Notes under the pieces: model-generated
The model's database searches: none
What the model was told of the DNA's origin: nothing
The model's input: only the letters and a program-made list of their open reading frames with translations
Shown here: positions 12,302 to 24,300 of the stretch, one piece after another
How positions within the stretch are numbered: the first letter of the stretch is position 1
How the letters are laid out: the number at the start of each line of letters is the position of its first letter
DNA from: the human T2T-CHM13v2.0 reference genome, Homo sapiens
NCBI RefSeq assembly: GCF_009914755.1
Contig: NC_060947.1
DNA length: 64,000 nucleotides
Reading direction: 5' to 3' (one strand)
Position numbers and translations under genes: made by a program

Positions 12302-15300
12302 GTGGTCAAAATATACACTTGCAGATTCTACTACAAGGGTGTTGCAAACCTGAACTATCAAAGGAAGGTTCAACTCTGTGAGTTGAATACAAACATCACA
12401 AAGAATGTTCTGAGTTTGCTTCCGTTCAGTTATGGGAAGTTGATCCCGTTTCCAACGAAATCCTCAGAGAGGTCCAAATATCCCCTTGCAGATTCTACAA
12501 AACGTGTGTTTGGAAACTGCTCCATCATAACGAATGTTCAGCTCCCTGAGTTAAACTCCATCGTCACAAAGAATTTTCTGAGAGTGCTACCGTCTGGTTT
12601 TTATATGAAGTTCTTTCCTTCACTACCACAGGCCTCAAAGCGGTCCAAATCTCCACTTGCAGATTCTACAAAAAGAGTGTTTGCAAACTGCTCTATCAAA
12701 AGGAATGTTCAACTCTGGGAGTTGAATGCAATCATCACAGAGCAGTTTCTGAGAATGCTTCTATGTCGTTTTTAGGAGAAGATATTTCCTTTTCCAACAC
12801 AGTCCTCCAAGCCCGCTAAATAGCCACTTGCACATTGTAGAAAAAGTGTGTCAAAGCTGCGCTATCAAAGGGAAAGTTCAACTCTGTGAGGTGAATGCAA
12901 ACATCCCAAAGAAGTTTCTGAGAATGCTTCCGTTTAGCTTTTAGGTGAGGATTATCCCGTTTCCAACGAAACCTTCAAAGAGGTCCAAATATCCCCTTGC
13001 GGATCCCACAGAAAGAGTGTTTCGAAACTGCTGTTTCAAAAGGAATCTTCAACTCTGTGAGTTGAATGCAATCATCACAAAGAAGTTTCTGACAATGCTT
13101 CTCTCTCGTCTTTCTGTGAAGATAAAGGAAAAGGCTTTCAGGCCTTTTCCACCACAGGCCTGAAAGCGCTCCAAATGTCCACTTGCAGATTCTGCGAAAA
13201 GAATATTTCAAAACTGCTCTATGAAAAGCAATGTTAAACTCTGTGGCTCGAACACAAACATCACAAAGCAGTTTCTGAGAATGCTTCAGTTTAGTTTTTC
13301 TGTGGAAATATTCCCGTTTCCAAAGAAATCTTCAAAGAGGTCCACGTATCCACTTACAGATTCTACAAAAAGACAGTTTCAAAACTGCTCCATCAAAAGG
13401 AGGGTTCAACTGTGTGACTTCAATGCAATCATCACTCAGAAGTTTCTGAGAATGCTTCTCTTTAGTTTTTACGTGAACATATACCCGTTTCGAACGAAGG
13501 CCACCCAGTGGTCCAAATATCCACTTGCAGATTCTACAGAAAGAGTGTTTCGAACCTGAACTCTCAAAGGCAGGTTCATCTCTGCGAGTTAAATGCATTC
13601 ATCATGAAGAACTTTCTCAGAGTATTTGTGTTTAGTTATGGGAAATTATTCCCGTTTCCAAAGAAATCCTCAGAGAGCTCCAAATATCCACCTGCAGATT
13701 CTACCAAAAGTGTATTTGGAAACTGCTCCATCAAAAGGCATGTTCAGCTCTGTGAGTGAAACTCCATCATCACAAAGAATATTCTGAGAATGCTTCCGTT
13801 TGCCTTTTATATGAAGTTCCTTCCTGTACTACCGTAGGCCTCAAAGCAGTCCAAATCTCCATTTGCAGATTCTACAAAAAGAGTGATTCCAATCTGCTCT
13901 ATCAATAGGATTGTTCAACTCCATGAGTTGAATGCCATCCTCACAAAGTAGTTTCTGAGAATGCTTCTATCTGGTTTTTGTGTGAAGATATTTCCTTTTC
14001 CACCACAGGCCTCAAAGCCCTCCAAACGTCCACTTGCAGATTCTCGAAAAAGAGTGTTTCATAGCTGCTCTTTCAAAAGGAAAGTTCAACTCTGGGAGTT
14101 GAATACAAACATCACAAAATAGTTTCCGAGAATGCTTCAGTTTAGTTTTTATGTGAAGATGATCCCGTTTCCAGTGAAATCTTCAAAGAGGTCCACATAT
14201 CACCTTGCAGATTCCAAAGAAAGAGGGTTTCAAAACTGCTCCATCAGAAGGATTGTTCAACTCTGTGAGTTGAATGCAGTCATCGCAGAAAACTTTCTGA
14301 GAATGCTTCTGTCTAGGTTTGATGTGAAGATATAGATGTTTCAAACGAAGGCTACAAAGTGGTCAAAATATACACTTGCAGATTCTACTACAAGGGTGTT
14401 GCAAACCTGAACTATCAAAGGAAGGTTCAACTCTGTGAGTTGAATACAAACATCACAAAGAATGTTCTGAGTTTGCTTCCGTTCAGTTATGGGAAGTTGA
14501 TCCCGTTTCCAACGAAATCCTCAGAGAGGTCCAAATATCCCCTTGCAGATTCTACAAAACGTGGGTTTGGAAACTGCTCCATCATAACGAATGTTCAGCT
14601 CCCTGAGTTAAACTCCATCGTCACAAAGAATTTTCTGAGAGTGCTACCGTCTGGTTTTTATATGAAGTTCTTTCCTTCACTACCACAGGCCTCAAAGCGG
14701 TCCAAATCTCCACTTGCAGATTCTACAAAAAGAGTGTTTGCAAACTGCTCTATCAAAAGGAATGTTCAACTCTGGGAGTTGAATGCAATCATCACAGAGC
14801 AGTTTCTGAGAATGCTTCTATGTCGTTTTTAGGAGAAGATATTTCCTTTTCCAACACAATCCTCCAAGCCCGCTAAATAGCCACTTGCACATTGTAGAAA
14901 AAGTGTGTCAAAGCTGCGCTATCAAAGGGAAAGTTCAACTCTGTGAGGTGAATGCAAACATCCCAAAGAAGTTTCTGAGAATGCTTCCGTTTAGCTTTTA
15001 GGTGAAGATTATCCCGTTTCCAACGAAACCTTCAAAGAGGTCCAAATATCCCCTTGCGGATCCCACAGAAAGAGTGTTTCGAAACTGCTGTTTCAAAAGG
15101 AATCTTCAACTCTGTGAGTTGAATGCAATCATCACAAAGAAGTTTCTGACAATGCTTCTCTCTCGTCTTTCTGTGAAGATAAAGGAAAAGGCTTTCAGGC
15201 CTTTTCCACCACAGGCCTGAAAGCGCTCCAAATGTCCACTTGCAGATTCTGCCAAAAGAATATTTCAAAACTGCTCTATGAAAAGCAATGTTAAACTCTG

Positions 15301-18300
15301 TGGCTGGAACACAAACATCACAAAGCGGTTTCTGAGAATGTTTCAGTTTAGTTTTTCTGTGGAAATATTCCCGTTTCCAAAGAAATCTTCAAAGAGGTCC
15401 ACGTATCCACTTACAGATTCTACAAAAAGACAGTTTCAAAACTGCTCCATCAAAAGGACGGTTCAACTGTGTGACTTGAATGCAATCATCACTCAGAAGT
15501 TTCTGAGAATGCTTCTCTTTAGTTTTTACGTGAACATATACCCGTTTCGAACGAAGGCCACCCAGTGGTCCAAATATCCACTTGCAGATTATACAGAAAG
15601 AGTGTTTCGAACCTGAACTCTCAAAGGCAGGTTCATCTCTGCGAGTTAAATGCATTCATCATGAAGAACTTTCTCAGAGTGTTTGTGTTTAGTTATGGGA
15701 AATTATTCCCGTTTCCAACGAAATCCTCAGAGAGCTCCAAATATCCACCTGCAGATTCTACCAAAAGTGTATTTGGAAACTGCTCCATCAAAAGGCATGT
15801 TCAGCTCTGTGAGTGAAACTCCATCATCACAAAGAATATTCTGAGAATGCTTCCGTTTGCCTTTTATATGAAGTTCCTTCCTGTACTACCGTAGGCCTCA
15901 AAGCAGTCCAAATCTCCATTTGCAGATTCTACAAAAAGAGTGATTCCAATCTGCTCTATCAATAGGATTGTTCAACTCCATGAGTTGAATGCCATCCTCA
16001 CAAAGTAGTTTCTGAGAATGCTTCTATCTGGTTTTTGTGTGAAGATATTTCCTTTTCCACCACAGGCCTCAAAGCCCTCCAAACGTCCACTTGCAGATTC
16101 TCGAAAAAGAGTGTTTCATAGCTGCTCTTTCAAAAGGAAAGTTCAACTCTGGGAGTTGAATGCAAACATCACAAAATAGTTTCCGAGAATGCTTCTGTTT
16201 AGTTTTTATGTGAAGATGATCCCGTTTCCAGTGAAATCTTCAAAGAGGTCCACATATCCCCTTGCAGATTCCAAAGAAAGAGGGTTTCAAAACTGCTCCA
16301 TCAGAAGGATTGTTCAACTCTGTGAGTTGAATGCAGTCATCGCAGAAAACTTTCTGAGAATGCTTCTGTCTAGGTTTGATGTGAAGATATAGACGTTTCA
16401 AACGAAGGCTACAAAGTGGTCAAAATATACACTTGCAGATTCTACTACAAGGGTGTTGCAAACCTGAACTATCAAAGGAAGGTTCAACTCTGTGAGTTGA
16501 ATACAAACATCACAAAGAATGTTCTGAGTTTGCTTCCGTTCAGTTATGGGAAGTTGATCCCGTTTCCAACGAAATCCTCAGAGAGGTCCAAATATCCCCT
16601 CGCAGATTCTACAAAACGTGTGTTTGGAAACTGCTCCATCATAACGAATGTTCAGCTCCCTGAGTTAAACTCCATCGTCACAAAGAATTTTCTGAGAGTG
16701 CTACCGTCTGGTTTTTATATGAAGTTCTTTCCTTCACTACCACAGGCCTCAAAGCGGTCCAAATCTCCACTTGCAGATTCTACAAAAAGAGTGTTTGCAA
16801 ACTGCTCTATCAAAAGGAATGTTCAACTCTGGGAGTTGAATGCAATCATCACAGAGCAGTTTCTGAGAATGCTTCTATGTCGTTTTTAGGAGAAGATATT
16901 TCCTTTTCCAACACAGTCCTCCAAGCCCGCTAAATAGCCACTTGCACATTGTAGAAAAAGTGTGTCAAAGCTGCGCTATCAAAGGGAAAGTTCAACTCTG
17001 TGAGGTGAATGCAAACATCCCAAAGAAGTTTCTGAGAATGCTTCCGTTTAGCTTTTAGGTGAAGATTATCCCGTTTCCAACGAAACCTTCAAAGAGGTCC
17101 AAATATCCCCTTGCGGATCCCACAGAAAGAGTGTTTCGAAACTGCTGTTTCAAAAGGAATCTTCAACTCTGTGAGTTGAATGCAATCATCACAAAGAAGT
17201 TTCTGACAATGCTTCTCTCTCGTCTTTCTGTGAAGATAAAGGAAAAGGCTTTCAGGCCTTTTCCACCACAGGCCTGAAAGCGCTCCAAATGTCCACTTGC
17301 AGATTCTGCCAAAAGAATATTTCAAAACTGCTCTATGAAAAGCAATGTTAACCTCTGCGGCTCGAACACAAACATCACAAAGCGGTTTCTGAGAATGCTT
17401 CAGTTTAGTTTTTCTGTGGAAATATTCCCGTTTCCAAAGAAATCTTCAAAGAGGTCCACGTATCCACTTACAGATTCTACAAAAAGACAGTTTCAAAACT
17501 GCTCCATCAAAAGGAGGGTTCAACTGTGTGACTTGAATGCAATCATCACTCAGAAGTTTCTGAGAATGCTTCTCTTTAGTTTTTACGTGAACATATACCC
17601 GTTTCGAACGAAGGCCACCCAGTGGTCCAAATATCCACTTGCAGATTATACAGAAAGAGTGTTTCGAACCTGAACTCTCAAAGGCAGGTTCATCTCTGCG
17701 AGTTAAATGCATTCATCATGAAGAACTTTCTCAGCGTGTTTGTGTTTAGTTATGGGAAATTATTCCCGTTTCCAACGAAATCCTCAAAGAGCTCCAAATA
17801 TCCACCTGCAGATTCTACCAAAAGTGTATTTGGAAACTGCTCCATCAAAAGGCATGTTCAGCTCTGTGAGTGAAACTCCATCATCACAAAGAATATTCTG
17901 AGAATGCTTCCGTTTGCCTTTTATATGAAGTTCCTTCCTATACGACCGTAGGCCTCAAAGCAGTCCAAATCTCCATTTGCAGATTCTACAAAAAGAGTGA
18001 TTCCAATCTGCTCTATCAATAGGATTGTTCAACTCCATGAGTTGAATGCCATCCTCACAAAGTAGTTTCTGAGAATGCTTCTATCTAGTTTTTATGTGAA
18101 GATATTTCCTTTTCCACCACAGGCCTCAAAGCCCTCCAAACGTCCACTTGCAGATTCTCGAAAAAGAGTGTTTCATAGCTGCTCTTTCAAAAGGAAAGTT
18201 CACCTCTGGCAGTTGAATACAAACATCACAAAGTAGTTTCCGAGAATGCTTCTGTTTAGTTTTTATGTGAAGATGATCCCGTTTCCAGTGAAATCTTCAA

Positions 18301-21300
18301 AGAGGTCCACATATCCCCTTGCAGATTCCAAAGAAAGAGGGTTTCAAAACTGCTCCATCAGAAGGATTGTTCAACTCTGTGAGTTGAATGCAGTCATCGC
18401 AGAAAACTTTCTGAGAATGCTTCTGTCTAGGTTTGATGTGAAGATATAGACGTTTCAAACGAAGGCTACAAAGTGGTCAAAATATACACTTGCAGATTCT
18501 ACTACAAGGGTGTTGCAAACCTGAACTATCAAAGGAAGGTTCAACTCTGTGAGTTGAATGCAAACATCACAAAGAATGTTCTGAGTTTGCTTCCGTTCAG
18601 TTATGGGAAGTTGATCCCGTTTCCAACGAAATCCTCAGAGAGGTCCAAATATCCCCTTGCAGATTCTACAAAACGTGTGTTTGGAAACTGCTCCATCATA
18701 ACGAATGTTCAGCTCCCTGAGTTAAACTCCATCGTCACAAAGAATTTTCTGAGAGTGCTACCGTCTGGTTTTTATATGAAGTTCTTTCCTTCACTACCAC
18801 AGGCCTCAAAGCGGTCCAAATCTCCACTTGCAGATTCTACAAAAGAGTGTTTGCAAACTGCTCTATCAAAAGGAATGTTCAACTCTGGGAGTTGAATGCA
18901 ATCATCACAGAGCAGTTTCTGAGAATGCTTCTATGTCGTTTTTAGGAGAAGATATTTCCTTTTCCAACACAATCCTCCAAGCCCGCTAAATAGCCACTTG
19001 CACATTGTAGAAAAAGTGTGTCAAAGCTGCGCTATCAAAGGGAAAGTTCAACTCTGTGAGGTGAATGCAAACATCCCAAAGAAGTTTCTGAGAATGCTTC
19101 CGTTTAGCTTTTAGGTGAAGATTATCCCGTTTCCAACGAAACCTTCAAAGAGGTCCAAATATCCCCTTGCGGATCCCACAGAAAGAGTGTTTCGAAACTG
19201 CTGTTTCAAAAGGAATCTTCAACTCTGTGAGTTGAATGCAATCATCACAAAGAAGTTTCTGACAATGCTTCTCTCTCGTCTTTCTGTGAAGATAAAGGAA
19301 AAGGCTTTCAGGCCTTTGCCACCACAGGCCTGAAAGCGCTCCAAATGTCCACTTGCAGATTCTGCCAAAAGAATATTTCAAAACTGCTCTATGAAAAGCA
19401 ATGTTAAACTCTGTGGCTGGAACACAAACATCACAAAGCGGTTTCTGAGAATGTTTCAGTTTAGTTTTTCTGTGGAAATATTCCCGTTTCCAAAGAAATC
19501 TTCAAAGAGGTCCACGTATCCACTTACAGATTCTACAAAAAGACAGTTTCAAAACTGCTCCATCAAAAGGAGGGTTCAACTGTGTGACTTGAATGCAATC
19601 ATCACTCAGAAGTTTCTGAGAATGCTTCTCTTTAGTTTTTACGTGAACATATACCCGTTTCGAACGAAGGCCACCCAGTGGTCCAAATATCCACTTGCAG
19701 ATTATACAGAAAGAGTGTTTCGAACCTGAACTCTCAAAGGCAGGTTCATCTCTGCGAGTTAAATGCATTCATCATGAAGAACTTTCTCAGAGTGTTTGTG
19801 TTTAGTTATGGGAAATTATTCCCGTTTCCAACGAAATCCTCAGAGAGCTCCAAATATCCACCTGCAGATTCTACCAAAAGTGTATTTGGAAACTGCTCCA
19901 TCAAAAGGCATGTTCAGCTCTGTCAGTGAAACTCCATCATCACAAAGAATATTCTGAGAATGCTTCCGTTTGCCTTTTATATGAAGTTCCTTCCTGTACT
20001 ACCGTAGGCCTCAAAGCAGTCCAAATCTCCATTTGCAGATTCTACAAAAAGAGTGATTCCAATCTGCTCTATCAATAGGATTGTTCAACTCCATGAGTTG
20101 AATGCCATCCTCACAAAGTCGTTTCTGAGAATGCTTCTATCTGGTTTTTGTGTGAAGATATTTCCTTTTCCACCACAGGCCTCAAAGCCCTCCAAACGTC
20201 CACTTGCAGATTCTCGAAAAAAGAGTGTTTCATAGCTGCTCTTTCAAAAGGAAAGTTCAACTCTGGGAGTTGAATGCAAACATCACAAAATAGTTTCCGA
20301 GAATGCTTCTGTTTAGTTTTTATGTGAAGATGATCCCGTTTCCAGTGAAATCTTCAAAGAGGTCCACATATCCCCTTGCAGATTCCAAAGAAAGAGGGTT
20401 TCAAAACTGCTCCATCAGAAGGATTGTTCAACTCTGTGAGTTGAATGCAGTCATCGCAGAAAACTTTCTGAGAATGCTTCTGTCTAGGTTTGATGTGAAG
20501 ATATAGACGTTTCAAACGAAGGCTACAAAGTGGTCAAAATATACACTTGCAGATTCTACTACAAGGGTGTTGCAAACCTGAACTATCAAAGGAAGGTTCA
20601 ACTCTGTGAGTTGAATACAAACATCACAAAGAATGTTCTGAGTTTGCTTCCGTTCAGTTATGGGAAGTTGATCCCGTTTCCAACGAAATCCTCAGAGAGG
20701 TCCAAATATCCCCTCGCAGATTCTACAAAACGTGTGTTTGGAAACTGCTCCATCATAACGAATGTTCAGCTCCCTGAGTTAAACTCCATCGTCACAAAGA
20801 ATTTTCTGAGAGTGCTACCGTCTGGTTTTTATATGAAGTTCTTTCCTTCACTACCACAGGCCTCAAAGCGGTCCAAATCTCCACTTGCAGATTCTACAAA
20901 AAGAGTGTTTGCAAACTGCTCTATCAAAAGGAATGTTCAACTCTGGGAGTTGAATGCAATCATCACAGAGCAGTTTCTGAGAATGCTTCTATGTCGTTTT
21001 TAGGAGAAGATATTTCCTTTTCCAACACAGTCCTCCAAGCCCGCTAAATAGCCACTTGCACATTGTAGAAAAAGTGTGTCAAAGCTGCGCTATCAAAGGG
21101 AAAGTTCAACTCTGTGAGGTGAATGCAAACATCCCAAAGAAGTTTCTGAGAATGCTTCCGTTTAGCTTTTAGGTGAAGATTATCCCGTTTCCAACGAAAC
21201 CTTCAAAGAGGTCCAAATATCCCCTTGCGGATCCCACAGAAAGAGTGTTTCGAAACTGCTGTTTCAAAAGGAATCTTCAACTCTGTGAGTTGAATGCAAT

Positions 21301-24300
21301 CATCACAAAGAAGTTTCTGACAATGCTTCTCTCTCGTCTTTCTGTGAAGATAAAGGAAAAGGCTTTCAGGCCTTTGCCACCACAGGCCTGAAAGCGCTCC
21401 AAATGTCCACTTGCAGATTCTGCGAAAAGAATATTTCAAAACTGCTCTATGAAAAGCAATGTTAAACTCTGTGGCTGGAACACAAACATCACAAAGCGGT
21501 TTCTGAGAATGTTTCAGTTTAGTTTTTCTGTGGAAATATTCCCGTTTCCAAAGAAATCTTCAAAGAGGTCCACGTATCCACTTACAGATTCTACAAAAAG
21601 ACAGTTTCAAAACTGCTCCATCAAAAGGAGGGTTCAACTGTGTGACTTGAATGCAATCATCACTCAGAAGTTTCTGAGAACGCTTCTCTTTAGTTTTTAC
21701 GTGAACATATACCCGTTTCGAACGAAGGCCACCCAGTGGTCCAAATATCCACTTGCAGATTCTACAGAAAGAGTGTTTCGAACCTGAACTCTCAAAGGCA
21801 GGTTCATCTCTGCGAGTTAAATGCATTCATCATGAAGAACTTTCTCAGAGTATTTGTGTTTAGTTATGGGAAATTATTCCCGTTTCCAAAGAAATCCTCA
21901 GAGAGCTCCAAATATCCACCTGCAGATTCTACCAAAAGTGTATTTGGAAACTGCTCCATCAAAAGGCATGTTCAGCTCTGTGAGTGAAACTCCATCATCA
22001 CAAAGAATATTCTGAGAATGCTTCCGTTTGCCTTTTATATGAAGTTCCTTCCTGTACTACCGTAGGCCTCAAAGCAGTCCAAATCTCCATTTGCAGATTC
22101 TACAAAAAGAGTGATTCCAATCTGCTCTATCAATAGGATTGTTCAACTCCATGAGTTGAATGCCATCCTCACAAAGTAGTTTCTGAGAATGCTTCTATCT
22201 GGTTTTTGTGTGAAGATATTTCCTTTTCCACCACAGGCCTCAAAGCCCTCCAAACGTCCACTTGCAGATTCTCGAAAAAGAGTGTTTCATAGCTGCTCTT
22301 TCAAAAGGAAAGTTCAACTCTGGGAGTTGAATACAAACATCACAAAATAGTTTCCGAGAATGCTTCAGTTTAGTTTTTATGTGAAGATGATCCCGTTTCC
22401 AGTGAAATCTTCAAAGAGGTCCACATATCCCCTTGCAGATTCCAAAGAAAGAGGGTTTCAAAACTGCTCCATCAGAAGGATTGTTCAACTCTGTGAGTTG
22501 AATGCAGTCATCGCAGAAAACTTTCTGAGAATGCTTCTGTCTAGGTTTGATGTGAAGATATAGATGTTTCAAACGAAGGCTACAAAGTGGTCAAAATATA
22601 CACTTGCAGATTCTACTACAAGGGTGTTGCAAACCTGAACTATCAAAGGAAGGTTCAACTCTGTGAGTTGAATACAAACATCACAAAGAATGTTCTGAGT
22701 TTGCTTCCGTTCAGTTATGGGAAGTTGATCCCGTTTCCAACGAAATCCTCAGAGAGGTCCAAATATCCCCTTGCAGATTCTACAAAACGTGGGTTTGGAA
22801 ACTGCTCCATCATAACGAATGTTCAGCTCCCTGAGTTAAACTCCATCGTCACAAAGAATTTTCTGAGAGTGCTACCGTCTGGTTTTTATATGAAGTTCTT
22901 TCCTTCACTACCACAGGCCTCAAAGCGGTCCAAATCTCCACTTGCAGATTCTACAAAAGAGTGTTTGCAAACTGCTCTATCAAAAGGAATGTTCAACTCT
23001 GGGAGTTGAATGCAATCATCACAGAGCAGTTTCTGAGAATGCTTCTATGTCGTTTTTAGGAGAAGATATTTCCTTTTCCAACACAATCCTCCAAGCCCGC
23101 TAAATAGCCACTTGCACATTGTAGAAAAAGTGTGTCAAAGCTGCGCTATCAAAGGGAAAGTTCAACTCTGTGAGGTGAATGCAAACATCCCAAAGAAGTT
23201 TCTGAGAATGCTTCCGTTTAGCTTTTAGGTGAAGATTATCCCGTTTCCAACGAAACCTTCAAAGAGGTCCAAATATCCCCTTGCGGATCCCACAGAAAGA
23301 GTGTTTCGAAACTGCTGTTTCAAAAGGAATCTTCAACTCTGTGAGTTGAATGCAATCATCACAAAGAAGTTTCTGACAATGCTTCTCTCTCGTCTTTCTG
23401 TGAAGATAAAGGAAAAGGCTTTCAGGCCTTTTCCACCACAGGCCTGAAAGCGCTCCAAATGTCCACTTGCAGATTCTGCCAAAAGAATATTTCAAAACTG
23501 CTCTATGAAAAGCAATGTTAAACTCTGTGGCTGGAACACAAACATCACAAAGCGGTTTCTGAGAATGTTTCAGTTTAGTTTTTCTGTGGAAATATTCCCG
23601 TTTCCAAAGAAATCTTCAAAGAGGTCCACGTATCCACTTACAGATTCTACAAAAAGACAGTTTCAAAACTGCTCCATCAAAAGGAGGGTTCAACTGTGTG
23701 ACTTGAATGCAATCATCACTCAGAAGTTTCTGAGAATGCTTCTCTTTAGTTTTTACGTGAACATATACCCGTTTCGAACGAAGGCCACCCAGTGGTCCAA
23801 ATATCCACTTGCAGATTATACAGAAAGAGTGTTTCGAACCTGAACTCTCAAAGGCAGGTTCATCTCTGCGAGTTAAATGCATTCATCATGAAGAACTTTC
23901 TCAGAGTGTTTGTGTTTAGTTATGGGAAATTATTCCCTTTTCCAACGAAATCCTCAGAGAGCTCCAAATATCCACCTGCAGATTCTACCAAAAGTGTATT
24001 TGGAAACTGCTCCATCAAAAGGCATGTTCAGCTCTGTCAGTGAAACTCCATCATCACAAAGAATATTCTGAGAATGCTTCCGTTTGCCTTTTATATGAAG
24101 TTCCTTCCTGTACTACCGTAGGCCTCAAAGCAGTCCAAATCTCCATTTGCAGATTCTACAAAAAGAGTGATTCCAATCTGCTCTATCAATAGGATTGTTC
24201 AACTCCATGAGTTGAATGCCATCCTCACAAAGTAGTTTCTGAGAATGCTTCTATCTGGTTTTTGTGTGAAGATATTTCCTTTTCCACCACAGGCCTCAAA

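Larger units (their letters stand above)
1..22300. repeat. Internal duplication block A (HOR units 1-11; left end outside the window)
   Basis: Ordered private variants match block B at offsets of +36,851 (units 1-2) and +38,905/6 (units 3-11). Confidence 0.88.
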
